Made by a program: the position numbers and the translations under genes. DNA of 64,000 bases from Chrysomallon squamiferum. Its lineage: Eukaryota > Animalia > Mollusca. This document shows positions 35,501-49,831 of this stretch, in pieces; position 1 is the stretch's first letter; every line of letters starts with the position of its first letter. The notes below the pieces were generated by a model that ran no database searches, was not told where the DNA came from, and saw nothing but the letters and a program-made list of their open reading frames with translations. The stretch is from the NCBI GenBank assembly GCA_012295275.1, contig CM022669.1, positions 16,368,001-16,432,000 on the forward strand, given 5' to 3'.

Positions 35501-35716
35501 CTTCCTCTGGGTAGAAAAATAGAAAGTACATTTTTTCATTGTTAATATTTAAATTTACCAAAATGTTATAATGCAATAATGATAATGAAAAATAGAAAAA
35601 AATAAAAAAATAAAAATAGTTTTAATGATTATTACTTTTCTTCGAGATTTATTATTATTGTAATTGTTGCTGTTGTTGTTGTTCTTCTTATTCTTATTAT
35701 TGTTATTCTTCGTCTT

Positions 35717-35747
<31 letters not shown>

Positions 35748-36108
35748 TTATTATTATTATTATCATCATCGTCTACATCGCCAGGATCTTGTACTCTGGA
35801 TTTCAATGGGAATGTACCACATCCCACGAAGTGAAGATCTTCCAGTCACCGCGACTCTCGGGTCAGAACGTCGATTCTTGCTCTCACCATTCAACTACTT
35901 CGGCGAGTGCCCTTCAGTCGCTTCCAGGGACGCCGTTCGACTGGAACTCATCAACGAAGCGGATCCGAAAGAAGGGGTTCGTCTTGTCCGATACGGCAAC
36001 GACAGCAGCACGTCCTGCATAGCACAGTTTAATGACTGGGTGGACGAAGATGACAGATCCAATCCTGATAATTTCTTGCAAAGCAAAAGAGACAGAGGAA
36101 CGTTTTGA
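32531..36108 (+). CDS. Copper-containing amine oxidase (AOC1/2/3 family), paralog A, type II membrane-anchored, 798 aa
   Basis: Exons 32531-34395, 34971-35178 and 35785-36108 have consistent phases. It has an N-terminal TM anchor, the catalytic Asp (NYLDG), the TPQ motif NYDY, copper ligands H-x-H (NLHHH) and YHIPRSED, plus PGADCP, C-V-F-E and WSRYQMAVTK. Confidence 0.93.
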
Positions 36109-36596
36109 TGGTAATGTACGGGTTTATGGGATAGTTTCTGATTTATGTTTAATCTGTATTGCAAAATATGAATATATTAATTATAATTTCTTTATTAATT
36201 ATTGCGGAAATATATTTATAACCCCCGTACTCAAGAGTCGTTCATTGTTTTTCTTCTCTCTGTTTTTATTTATTTTATTTTATTTATTGATTTATTTAGC
36301 TATCGATATTTTATTTTATTTTTTTTTAAATTTATTTCGTTTTACTTTTGTTCAGTATTTTTCATTAAATTATCGAAAGCTAAAATTAATAATTATTATC
36401 TGTGACTAACAATATATATGTGATACATTTATTATAAATTTTTACTAATTTACATAACAGCAAAGGAATAAAAATGAAAAAGTAATGAATGCAAAACTAT
36501 TAATTTCCTGTGCTGTATTATTTATTACTGTTAATAAATTTTATTAAAATAAGAACTCGTGTTTTTAGAATTTCAGTATTGTTTAGTATTTAGAAA

Positions 36597-36646
<50 letters not shown>

Positions 36647-36693
36647 ACCATAACCAAATAAAATAGAAATCAAATAAAAATAATGATAGGAGG

Positions 36694-36725
<32 letters not shown>

Positions 36726-38480
36726 TTATTACTAATACATAATTTAATAAGCATTATATACATCCATTTTTTTTTTTTTTTTTTTTTTTGATGGGTTTTT
36801 CCCCTTTATATACATATATATATATTACGAAAATAAAGAAATCCTGTACGATTTTAAATACATATATGAAAAATGAGATTCTGACACTTGTTTTAACTGC
36901 TTTAATTAATTCAAAATATGATTCACTAGAAACTGTAACATTTTTGTTTACAATTTAGATTTTTGAAAAGGAAGAAACAAACAAACAAAACAAAAACAAA
37001 ATAGTGTTTAAATAAATTGTATTTTCTGCAAAGTACAAATAAAGCTGCCCGACCTAATTAAAATTGTTTTGTTTACAAGTTGTTACACGTCAGTTTGCAT
37101 GTTGTGATTGGGTATACAAATGCTTTTAAAAGACAGTAATGATTATTACTTGGTGAGACTGAGTTAATAATAATGATGATGATGATGATGTTGATGATAA
37201 ACAAAACACTTGAACGTAATACTGATACAATTATATCCATTAAACTTCTCTCTTTCCAGGGGAAATGACCATACATTTCTTGGTTTTGTTCTAGAAGTTC
37301 TTCTGTTAATACTGTATTACAATATATACTGTCTATACACTAGTACAATCTGAAGATTAACTGGCAAAGTTGGCTTATAAATGAACCCATCAAATATATA
37401 TAGCTTTTTAAAATTTATTTATTATAAATTATTATTATTATTATTATTATTGTTATTATTTAAATAGATTTTAATTACTTTATTATTAGTTAAGGAAAGC
37501 AGGCAGTCAAATACAAATTTGAAATATGTTTCTAATCGCCACTGTAGCAATAATAAAACAATCTTTAAAAGTTTCAAGGTGATGACTAAAGTCATGTCAT
37601 TTAATGCCCAGAAATCAAAAATTTCTCAACAGACTGAGGAGAAAGTAAACCAATTTTAAAAATAAATAAATAAATAAAGAAAGAAAGAGAGAAAAAACAG
37701 AAAACAATCATTTCAGGTATAAATGGAAAAAAGATTTAATGAAAATTCAGGCTACATATATTCAAAAATGATTAGAATGAGATCAGAGTAAATCTACAAA
37801 GGCTAAACCAGGCTATTCTAGAAAATAATATAATCATTAGTATTGTTAACATTATGTTTCATAAATATCACTGAATTTCATTACAAAATAACAAAATATA
37901 TATATATATATAGTACTGTTCACAACATTATTTGTCTCTATCAGGAAAGTTCATAATTCAATTAAGAGAAAAAAAAAACGAAAAAAAAAACCAGCATATA
38001 AATTTATCAAATTTATTTTATTATCATTATCGGGTTTTATCTACGTGAAAAACACCTGAATCTTAGTAATAAATATCTAATTTAAATGTAATTAATAGGT
38101 GGGATTGTAATAAAACACAAATCATTTCTTATTAATGCTGAATTAGCCTCTCATAAGCTTGTTCGGTTACACACACACACATACATACATACATACGTCC
38201 ATACACTTGTCTTGAATATGCATAAGGAAAATTGGAATTCAAAACTCTCGTTCTCTCTCTTTATATATATTAACAATGTCTGACACAAAACATATTGTCT
38301 ATTGCTTGCAAGTAAACATTCCAACAGTTATCTCTCTTCAAATGGATGAAATCGCGAGGAATTTAAAATGAAGTGAAAAAAATAATAATAAAATAAAAAG
38401 AACTGCTGCACACAATGTAAAAACTTGTCTATCAATGCCATTAAGTTTATGATATGATCTGACGACCATTTCTATTTTTG

Positions 38481-38528
38481 TCACACTTTGGTAACTATTT
38501 CAGTGTCTGTTGGTATTTTGTGCTCTTC
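38481..38528 (-). other. NCLN: Nicalin downstream exon: 3' UTR exon, or an alternative coding terminal exon (EEHKIPTDTEIVTKV*)
   Basis: A donor CAG|GTTTGT lies 6 nt after the TAG (38993/38992), and an acceptor tttcaccatttcag| at 38529/38528. The phase-0 frame is open for 15 codons to TGA at 38483-38481. Confidence 0.55.
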
Positions 38529-38998
38529 CTGAAATGGTGAAAATATATAAACATATTAAAAAGCTATTAAAAAGAAACTAAAAATATAAAAATAATAGCT
38601 AAACATGCCAAAATCTGTATATTTTAATAGTTTTATATCCAAAACTATGTCTATATATACATATGTAACATAGACAAATAATTATATCATTTATATATAT
38701 ATATATATATATATAGATATCCAGACACATGTACACATTTTAATTCTACTCACATCAGTTAACATATCTGAATCATTATTACTAAACTTAAAATAAAAAC
38801 TTTATTTTTTATAAAATTAAAATAAATGCAGTAATACTTTTATAATTCATTTATTAAAGAAAAACAGCATAATTTGGTAATTAAATCTAGAGAAAACTGA
38901 TGTTAAAAACAATTCCTCAGATCTAGTGTCAAACACCTACATATGGATTTCACAAATATTTTTTATCAGAAAACAAAATTAAACAGACAAACCTGGGA

Positions 38999-40602
38999 CT
39001 AACTGGATTTAACTTTCACTGGGATCATTAATTTTCTCAGGCCTCCATACATTATGTTGAAATTCTGAAAAATTTTTTTTTTTTTTTTTTTAATAATAAT
39101 GATGATGATAATGAAAACAAAAATTTAAACATATTACATGAAAAAAAAAAAAAAAAAAATAACCTAAATTTTTTTCAAATATTTGCTGCATATGTCATTA
39201 CATGGTTTAAAATTGTTCGATGCATTTTAAATATTTTAATAATAAACTTCAAAATATTTATTATCATCCTTATTATTATATATATAATCACTGTAATCAC
39301 TAACCTGTGCCATCAGGTAAACCAAAGCCAGGTATAATGCAATTCCAGTGGCAAGGAATAAATCAAAAACTGCTGGCTTCACGCTGTAACAATATATATA
39401 AATCAGTTAATAAAGAAATCATTTTAAGATTAATAGTCTGCAAAAATTATAAAATAAAAAATAACCATAAATGAATATTATTTTTGTAATTTTAAAATTT
39501 ATTTTTTAAAATTAACATTTTATTAAAAAAAAAAAAAAAAAAAAAAAAAAGAACCCACAAATAAAACATAAATGAATATGTTTAACAAGATGTCAGCATA
39601 TTTTGTATGAATATTCATTACTTATTAGTCATGATATTTGACCAACAACTAATTCCGGTCAACGATAAGGAATTGTTGGTTGTAAACCAATTATGAAACA
39701 CTCAGTAGAAAAGAGAAAGCTTGCAATGAGCATATCAAGATAGATAGTTATGATGTGACCTTTTACATCAAGTCAGAACTGTTCAGCTCTATCTCATTTC
39801 TGACATTATTTATCTAAACATTTAATTTGTAATTAATACAGACTGGGAAATCAGAAATAACTGACTGGAAATGTTTAGGATTTAAGAATTATCTGAAGTT
39901 GGGAATTACATAGCAATAAATCATAAACATAAATCATGTTGTATTTTCTATACAGTTTATACAAAAGGTCTGCAGATATTTTTTGTATTATATTTTTTTA
40001 TAACTGTGTACTTGAAATGAAGTATGTGCACATTAAATTATCCAAGAAGTATCTTGATAAACTTTTTGGATTTTTAATTTTTGATTTTGAGATCAGAAAT
40101 TTTCAACCTGTATTCCTAAACACATTATAAAAAATATATGTAGAAAGAATATATGGTTTTGAATTTTATTCTTAAAAAATTGAAGTTGTTATTTGATTTA
40201 TACAAAAAGATATTTTCATAAACTTGGATTGACTGATTACTTACTTGTATGATGTCATTGTGTAAACAGCTCCATCATAAAACATAAATTCAGGATCTCT
40301 GTATAAATAATAAATAAAAAAAATAAAACCAAATAAAATAGGCATATTATCAGAATTATAATAAATACTAGAAAAACAATGTCAATATATTCCTCAATTA
40401 ACAAAACATGTAAAATATTTTCTTATTGTTATTTTAACAAAAATTAATAACAATGAAATAAATTAAAGTTTTTAATCTATTTAAAAAAAAAAAAAAAGCT
40501 ATTTTCTTAATTAAACTGATGAAAGTAGTCTATTTCTTTAAGGAACAACAAGCTGTTACACAATCAAATTAATGACAGGAATGAAATTGTGTTCAAACAA
40601 AG

Positions 40603-40636
<34 letters not shown>

Positions 40637-43600
40637 TTGAGTTGACAATACTAGTTAAATCGTAATATCTACCTCTTATCTGCTTTCAGTGTAGTTCTTT
40701 TCACATCTTTGAGATAATGTGACATGGACTCTTCCAGTGTGGCCAGCACATGACTGTTTTTAGGTAGTAACTGCGTGGACATTGACTGGTTTGTGAGAAA
40801 CTGCAGCCAGGCATTCTGCGATGTTTCTATTATCTCCTGAATAACCAAATATCTGGTTAACAACATTTCTCACCATGTTTTTACATTAAATATGAAGTCA
40901 TTTCAGACAAGAAAGGTTATATAAAAAAAAACAAAAAACACCTGAGTATGTAGTCTCTGTGATGTTCCGGGTTATAAGAAAATTTGCATAAATCATGATA
41001 ATGACATACCTAACACTTTGTAATATATAACAAGGGCAATATTGAGAAAGTGAAAAGGGGAAACTTCACATACAGTTTGTTAAGACTGCATTCCGTGCAC
41101 CAGAAAGCTAACTTTGACATATTTACAGTCCAGCATGCTTTTAGCACTGATCCACATATAGTTCAGGAGTTATAGAACTTGATATGGTTTAGTAAGGGCA
41201 AATTCAATGAAAAGACTGAGTCACTAAACATTACATTAAAATTATTATGTTGTTTCTTTTTTAAATGCCAGACAACTAATATTTTTTTTTTTTTCTAACT
41301 GTTAGTTTTAAACTTCTGAATATATTTTCAGTATGGCATGTTTCACCTTTTTGTGTTTGAAAATTTGATATCATATGTACACACTATTCAGTTTATTTAT
41401 TTCTGAAAGTACATAGCTTTTTTCCTAATTATTTATGACACCGTATCAACAAAGAAGGAATCTCATTTGCTAATAATATCCAAATTCCTTGCTAAAATTT
41501 TGACATTTTACAAAAATAGATTTAATAGTCTGCAGCTTAAGACACTAACAGTGCAATAAGATTGTAAATATTATCAAAAATAACCAACCAGTCCATCTGT
41601 GAAGAGTTTAAATGTTCCTTGTGTTGACAAGTTATAGAGTTGTCTGGCCATGGCTTCTGCTATAATCTGCACATTTCTTCTCAATCTCGGTAAATTAACC
41701 TGATCTCTGAAAAACACAACAAACGTTATTTTATTTTATTATTTTTATATGTCTGATTGGTGTTTTTTTCACAAATTGTTAGAAGTATCTAACTGAATAT
41801 CAGCAGCTATTATTAACAGCTGATGCAGTGATAAATGTTTTTAAAAAACGAAAAAAGAAAAATGTTACAACATGACTATGGATGTTCTGTTAATGATATC
41901 ACGAGTTTAAATTCACAAACTGACAAATTGTTTCCATCAATATATTCAGTGGACAGAAAAAATACTGTTTTAATGCATAATATATACTGAAACATATGCA
42001 ACAAAAGTACAGAAATTAATGTTTATAAATGTTGGGTTTTTTTGTTTTTTTTAGAAATCTAAGTCAATAAATATTTTCTAATTAAAATAATAGTAATAGT
42101 ACCAAGTAGCATTAGTAATAACAACAACAATATGAAGAAGAATGATAAAATAATAATACTTTTTCAGGTAATGAAGTTAAATTTAATTTAGCATCAACAT
42201 TTGAAAGAAACATTGAATTTTTTTGGGGGGGAATCATAACAATAACAGAATAATAGATATCAAAAAAATAAAAATAATAATAATAATTATTTTAATTACT
42301 AACCTAGTATCAAGTATGGTAGCTCTGTCTGGAGACTTGTGAGTGTCAAATTTTGAGAGGGTGAAAGCAGGAAGACGTTTGATGCTGAATCTCTCGTGCT
42401 CCCAAGCCAACATCTCGTCAGCAAGGTTTATCTTCTTGTGAACGAGTCTGAACTCAACTTCAGGGAAGTGAGACTTTGTTATTTCTTCCAGGTGCTGAAA
42501 CAAGATTAAAATTAAAACTGTTCTGATGCAGCATCCAATTTAAAATGTGTAGATTGTGGAAAAGAAAAATGCAAAAACAGTAAAAGAAAAATAAACATCT
42601 CCACAAAACATATAAAATGTAAGTTTTATTTGAATTGTAATATGTTATTCGTTATCTTGGACAGACAGTATTAAGTATTTTCACTGCTACCCAGTTTTAA
42701 AATAAATCAGTATGTAATAAGAACATTAAAACCACTGCAAATCTTTTACTAAACAATGAATGAGTATTTACAGACATGCATCACATTGTGAAAAGATTAT
42801 TGAAAGTACAATCTTCTTGGATCTCATTTTGCATTATTAATTCTTTAATTATTTAAGTCTCTCAATATGATGTAAAATTTAAACTGAAATCTATATTTAG
42901 CAAAATTTTGATGAAATTACTTAATATATATTTTACTGGACTTCTGACACACTTGATAAAAAAAATTAGATTTTTGATTTAGATAATGTTATGTTTTATT
43001 ACCCGAACATGTTCCCACCTCCTCAGAATTTGATAAAATATTACAGAATTTATTTAATGGCTGTGACAAGATATAAAATATTAAATTTACTTTAAGGAAT
43101 ATTCCTCCAGCACTGTCTTCTTTAGGAGGTTTGGACACGTGAAGTCTTAGCTGGTTTGTTGAGCCAATTGTGTCCAGACACAAAACATAGGCAACATCCA
43201 ACAGCAGACTGCTCTCTGTAACAGATACACAAACACATGTTTGAAAAACCCAGCTTTTTTTGTAAATATCAAAACCAACATAACACATCTTTATCAAATA
43301 ACACTGCATCAGTGTTCTTTTCTTGCTGTTTAAAACAACACAACACTTCTCTTTTATCTAGTCTCGATCAATTTATTTTATTTTATTTTATTATTTTTAG
43401 AAAGAATTCATTGCACTTGGACAAACAAATTTTCTGTCATATTAATTGACTTAAAGTTTTGAACTCATGGTTGTGGGATCTTCTGCCTGCAGCTTAACCA
43501 CTCTAATTTATTAGGAAGTTTCTAATATTAGGAACAATACCATGTTTACCATCCTATTTGTAAATATTAATTTAGATTACTTGGAAACTGAACCACAAGT

Positions 43601-46600
43601 AATACCTTGATTTTCAAAGTTGTCTTCAATCCACTTTTTGGCACCCTGGTAGTTGAATTTTCCTGCTCCAGTGAGTAAAAACACTAAATTGAATCTGTTA
43701 GTGGGTTAAGGAGCAAACAACCGTATTTATATATTAAATTTCCTTTCTCATTAGTCATATCAATATAGTTAGTTAATGTACCATTTAACTACAAATGTTC
43801 ATTAGTTGTATAATCCAGAATCAGCTGTATTCAAAGAAAGCACTGTAACTTTCTGGACTTGTTAATAAAATTCAAAGTCAAAGTTATTATTCTTTTTTTT
43901 TTTTTAGGGAGGTTTCTTTTTTTTTTTTTTTTGCTTACTGCCAACAAGTAATCATTGTTACCTTCAAGTTAAACAACTTTAAAACACAAAGGATACTTGG
44001 CGTGTGTTCTGGAGTTGGTGTACAACTTGGAAAACAAACGAGCCAGTTCTAACAAAGCTATCACTCCACTTCCATTGGAGTCAGCACCAAACGCTAAACC
44101 CTGGAAACACACATTAAACAATAATCAGAATTAACAATCCCTCGTAAACAGAGAATATATTTAATTTGTTCAATCAAAAATTAGATAGTATTACTCCAGG
44201 AAAGCTGATCTTCCTAGTCATTTAAATAATAAGCTCTGTGACTATAGTAACAAGAGTATTAAATGCAGCAGCTAGTATATATATCATAAAATTTTCTCTA
44301 ATCATAAAATTTATTTCAATAGTAATGATAATGCTGTCTGAGACTATTTACAGTGGCTAATTAATGTAATTTAAATAATACTCACTGGAGCAACACCAGA
44401 TGCATCATAATGAGCTGCCACAATCAATGTAGGTAGTTGTTCTTCGATTCCTTTTCCTGATAAATGTCCCTGAAACGAAAAGAGAATTTTTTTTATTCGC
44501 AATAAGGTTTGGACAACTAAAATAATAATTTCAGTGGAATGATGATTTTGATATTTTAAATTTATTTTATTATCATTTTACAGAAGTTATACACACATAA
44601 ACGCACACACTTTTTCCTTATTTATAGTCAAGAAATCATTGTTTTCGCAATAAAGTTTAACAATACAGTGATATTTAATGTTCTTTTTAGCTAAAAAGGT
44701 TCTTACCTGAAGAGTAACTATCTGGAAGTCAGGCAAAGACTTGGCTTGGGGCCCATTTACATACATCTGGAAGCCATTAGCTGTAGCTGCACCAAGCAGA
44801 GCTGAAGAAGAATATTTTCAAAAAAAGGGATTATTATTTTTTTTTCACACTATATACAATGATGTAAAAATATTAGATATACCGTATATACTTGTGTATA
44901 AGTCGAATTTTTGGGAGACTATATTAAGGTAATATTTTGGGGGGCGACTTATACATAGGTAATGTTTTTGTAGCTGTTGCTGAAGTGTCGCCATTTTGAC
45001 TATTTTTTGCTAAGGGATGCATCTAAAATAATCACGGTCTTTCAGCTTTTCAAAAATATATTTTTATCGTATACATTTTTTTGAAAAATTAAATAACAAA
45101 ACCAAATATGAATGTAAAACATGATATTCTTCCGTTTAATGACATAAAAATACATTTTAAAGCGAGAAAACCGTCAGTATGGCGTTATGCCTTACGGCGT
45201 CTTGTAATGATCTAGGAATGCAGACTTCTCTGCCAAATATCGGTCCTAATTTCATAAACAAAACTCACTTGTTTAATTGTAAAGAATTTGGTGAAATAAT
45301 ATTGCAATTGTCATTAATATCCACTACCGACAAATTTTGTAAATCATAGAACGGCTAAATATAACGGTAAGTTAGGTCTCCATGTTAGACCTATTACATT
45401 AAAGAGATACTATTTATGATACATTTAGGCTATAGCTCGTGTAATACATGCATTTACGTTATTATGGTATGTTCGTGCAAGTTATGTTACAGTAGGCGTA
45501 CAATGTAGGCCTTCATGGCACTGTCACACTGGTCTAAAAATAGTGACGGTGCCCGGAATCTACAGTCGACTTATACACAAGTAATACCTAAAATGACGCA
45601 ATGTTTGGTCTTAAAATACACATCGACTTATACATAAGGTCGCCTTGTACACAAGTATATACGGTAAGTATTTGAGTAAGTCCTTAAAAATCTCACTGGA
45701 TGGAGACCAGTAATAAATTATATTTAACTTAAATTTCACCATATTAGCTCAACTTTACAGAAATACAAGTCATACATAAACAATAAATGATAGTCCAAAT
45801 GAAAAATACTTATAGTAGTATATACAATAAAGTGTTCAAGAAATTTTATTTTATTTTTTTAAAATGTATTCTTTCAAAATACATGAATTCTCAAAAACAG
45901 TAAACTTACAAAACGCTCATTTGAATCATTACAGATTTTTATCTGTGTAAATCAGCATTTCTATGGCTTTAATTAAGGATAAATATCTACATCAGGATGT
46001 AAAATAGCCTATGGAGGATTACCTTCCCAAGCAGTAGGAGCTTGATCTCCTGAAGCTCCTTGTTGGATATCATTGTAGATATCTCTGAGTTCTGGTGTCT
46101 CGTAGAGGAAGTAAACAGGTAAACTTGTCTCTTCTGACAGAAGATCTCGCTCCAGTGACTGGAGATGCTGCAAAAATAATATAAACAATGAGTAAAAAAA
46201 CTAAAAATAAATAAATATATTAACAATAATAAAAATTACTATAATGAAAAAAATATAATCTTAAAGGAAAAATTAAATGAACAACAAGAAGAAAAGATTA
46301 AAAAAGAAAATTAAAAGAGAACAGGTCATAAGAACCTATAAATTATTAGGAAACAGATGATGATGCATTAATTTCTTCTTTCGTGTCTGTGTTGCACATT
46401 TTAAATCAAATTAATGGCAAAATTAACAAACCGTCCTCTCTTCCTCGCTGAGATCCGACAGAACCTCGGGCAGAAGAATGAGCAACGCCCCAGCATTCTG
46501 AGTGAGCAGGTCTCGAAACTTGGGCATCGTCACTTCTCGCAGCTGTGCCACCACGCATCGTCTGGTCAACATCTTGGCATCCATGGGACGGACCTCCATA

Positions 46601-47804
46601 TTTACAAGAGAATTACGACATCCTGAACAAAACACCACAAAAAGATTTTAATAAAACCACAGTAAGTAATTTACTCAGATATTATGAAAAGAAAGGTGTT
46701 ACTGGCTATCAGTCAAATAAACATTCATATAACAAATATACTTATGTTGTAATGATTTACACACAGTTTTGGTTAATGAAATAATGATGCCATCTTTAAA
46801 ACACTTAGATGAAAACAATTTACACATATTACAGAATCACAAACAATAAAATGACAATTTTTTAATTTTTTGCTTAGGTGTTTAAGTTAAAAACAGTGAT
46901 ACTGACAAAGATTATAGCTAAATGTGTAGGCGTGCTGCCAGTTCTGAGTTAGATTTTTCTCCACTTAGTATACCTGTAATGATGTACTGGGGATAGCTAA
47001 TTATTGCTTATTATTTATTATTGGTGAATTTGAAATTGATGTGTAACATTAAACATACACATCTTCATAATATGATGAACATAAGAAGTAATTTTTGTAG
47101 TAAAAAAATAAAAGAGAAAAGAATATAAAACTGTTCATAAACTATATAAATCTCTTTCTCATTATAATCAGCTATGTAAATCAGAAAATCTCTGGCTGCT
47201 ACAGATGTATAAAGTAAATATCACATCCTGAATAGAAGTAATTTTTTCTTATTTTTATTTATTTAAAATGTAATTTGTTTAAATGAAATTATGAACGTAT
47301 GTTGGTGCACTAGTGAGTAATTCAGTAAAGTGAAATGTCCCTCAATATGTTTTGCTTTTGTCTTCGTCTTTTTATCCTAGTTATACTTGCAAGAACTTCA
47401 AGTAGTATACTGTATAGGATATATACTATAAAATTACAACAATTAAACTATTAATAAATAGATAAATAGAACTATAGATAAATAAATAATGAATGAATCA
47501 ATAAATCTAAATTATAACGGGGAGCAATGTATATGCATAAACTGGATTTGGATTCTTTAAAACTATAATGATTAATTAAACTGCACAACAAAAATATAGT
47601 GTACTACTATTAATTCAATTCATATTTACCATAAGACGATCCTTGGAGGTCAAATTGTTGCATTCTGAAAACAGTGAACTCCTGAGCTGCATTCGCCGGA
47701 CTAACTGGTGAAATAAGAATGAATATTGGCACGAAAAACAGAAAAGAAAATGGGAAACTGCTTCTGAACATTTCAAGAACTTCTGCTGCTTCGTCAAACC
47801 ACAT
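38999..47804 (-). CDS. NCLN: Nicalin (nicastrin-like ER membrane protein, M28 peptidase fold), 559 aa
   Basis: Minus-strand exons: 47804-47630, 46622-46432, 46167-46023, 44801-44707, 44469-44386, 44100-43997, 43694-43606, 43215-43091, 42494-42304, 41706-41589, 40836-40673, 40298-40245, 39383-39305, 39064-38999. All are GT-AG, phase-consistent and total 1680 nt. Motifs: [65 protein letters not shown], then a TM segment and the KVKSS tail. Confidence 0.95.
43452..43512 (-). mobile_element. Decayed tRNA-derived SINE head or tRNA pseudogene fragment in a nicalin intron
   Basis: The minus strand reads TAAATTAGAGTGGTTAAG...ATGAGTTCAAAAC. An A-box-like and a B-box-like motif are present with 34 nt between GG and TTC, which is tRNA spacing. 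There is no intact cloverleaf. Confidence 0.35.
44882..45664. mobile_element. Non-autonomous Tc1/mariner-superfamily (Tc2/pogo-like) DNA transposon, 783 bp, in nicalin intron 3
   Basis: Left TIR CCGTATATACTTGTGTATAAGTCGA; right TIR (reverse complement) CCGTATATACTTGTGTACAAGGCGA, 23/25 identical. TA flanks at 44880-81 and 45665-66. Subterminal CGACTTATACA repeats near 44945, 45567 and 45624. No transposase ORF. Confidence 0.88.
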
Positions 47805-47868
47805 TTTTGCTGGATTTTCTATCAATAAACCCCTACAAAAATGCTAAGACCAATTTTTTAACGAACAA

Positions 47869-47908
47869 CCGGAAGTACTGCTACACATGGGTTTCCTACA
47901 GCTTCCGG
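47869..47908 (-). promoter_or_regulatory. Nicalin proximal promoter with an inverted pair of ETS-like sites
   Basis: CCGGAAGT (47869-47876) and GCTTCCGG (47901-47908) lie 65-105 bp upstream of the ATG, typical of housekeeping promoters. Confidence 0.55.
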
Positions 47909-48188
47909 ATGATTTTCGTCATTGTTCTTATATTCCTCCCCTCTAACTGTTTTATTATTTTTGAAGATAAAGATGACAAAGATAATAATAATGATGATAG
48001 TTATCATAATATATTTAATTACATTTATTAATTTTATTTGATTCAGAGCAGTAAATAACAGCTTGGAAAATATGTTTGATTCCAAAAACAAGAATAAAAG
48101 ATTATGATTACTATTACGATTATGGTGATTATAATATAAGATGATGATGATGATGATTATGATGATGATGGATATTATTATTATTATT

Positions 48189-48221
<33 letters not shown>

Positions 48222-48373
48222 AATGATTTTGTAGTTTTTCTGTTAAAGTCATTCTGTAATAATTTAATTTTCAAATACGTCAATTATTATATATGTGGAT
48301 TGCTAATTTATTTACTTACTTAGAATCGTGGCGTGCTATTTTGAAAACGTTTATTCAAACAAAAAAGTAGAAG

Positions 48374-48426
<53 letters not shown>

Positions 48427-48811
48427 TAAATAGACGATCAGATAAATAAAACGATTCTGAAATAGTTTTTCATTCACATTATTAGTTTATCCTTATATTA
48501 CATTTTCAGCCACATTCACTGCACTCGCGAACCCCATCCATGAATCCCAAACATTTTGCGCGCAGTACCACTTCCTCGTCTGACGTTCTGTTTCACGTTT
48601 ACTCACACACTCCTCTTCATGGATTTACCTTTGAAGAAATCTGATTTTTATATCTTCTTTACCGCTCTTACCAGTGAAATATAGTATGTTTTATATTTTA
48701 CTGTTAAAAACATATGGGTTTCTCATATTAGTGAAACAGATTCGCTCAATTAATTAAATAACACCATTCATTATTTTATCAATTTTTTTATTTGTAGCTT
48801 TTACATAAGCA

Positions 48812-48846
<35 letters not shown>

Positions 48847-49831
48847 GAGAAAGAAAGAAAGAAATCATTCAGTGATATCGTATACAAATATACAAAAATA
48901 TATTTTAAAAATGACCTTTTGAAGGTTAATTTCGTGCCAATATAATTTTTTATAAACATTTTAGTATCAAATACATGTATACAGAAGAAACAGTCGTCAT
49001 AATTATTTTAAATCATCATTATTAAGAAATGTCTTTTCTTTTTTCTTCTATTGTTAACCGAATGGATGCTACGCAGTTACCACAGATTCCTCTGTGACGT
49101 AATAACAATTGAAAACGTCATAAGTTACCATCGAATTTTAAGAAATGCCGCAGTGATACATGTACACTGTTCTAGAAGCGGTTTATATATTGCAGTAAGT
49201 GGTTTGGTGGTTGTAAAACAGGACATCGCCATTATGGTCTTTATATTTTTTTCGAAAAAAAAAAAAAAAAAAAAAAAATGAGTGAGATTGGTGGGATATA
49301 CAGAATAGATCTCTATGTAGTACGTGTGCATTTATGCTAAATTCCTTATGAATAGTAATACTGTTTGCTAAATGATAATATTTATATGCTGTCATCATTA
49401 TTATTGTCATCGTCTTCATTATTATTATTATTATTAAAACGTTCTCTTGTGTTACGAATATCAATATATATATTAGGCAGTTATATTAAAGAAATCAAAA
49501 CAAGAAATTCTTAAAATTTTTGTTAATTGAACTGACAGTATAAAAATAAAATTAATAGAAAAAAGGTTTCTGATATATTATGACACAATTCTAAGCAAAA
49601 ACAATTATTATTCGCATTCACACAATCATACCGAGTTTCCTCAGTTCGAAATAAAACTGTTAAAATCCAGAATAGCAAGCTAAAATTAAATGGCACAAAA
49701 ACGACATGAGATAGTTTAATTTAATTCTGTTGAATTCCAGGATTGTTTAAGTTTTATTTTACGAAAATGTTTTCTTTTCACAGACGAATACAGTGGTCCG
49801 CTGTACACACACACTCACTCCTCCGCAGACC

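Noticed and set aside
39641-39680. Hairpin ACCAAC..AATTCC/GGAATT..GTTGGT in a nicalin intron (snoRNA or miRNA candidate)
   Set aside because: The stem is short and I could not find H/ACA or C/D boxes in a proper arrangement.
40935-41220. Repeat-like intronic segment with AAGGGCAA and GGAGTTAT motifs
   Set aside because: Possibly a dispersed-repeat fragment, but no termini or second copy are visible in the window.
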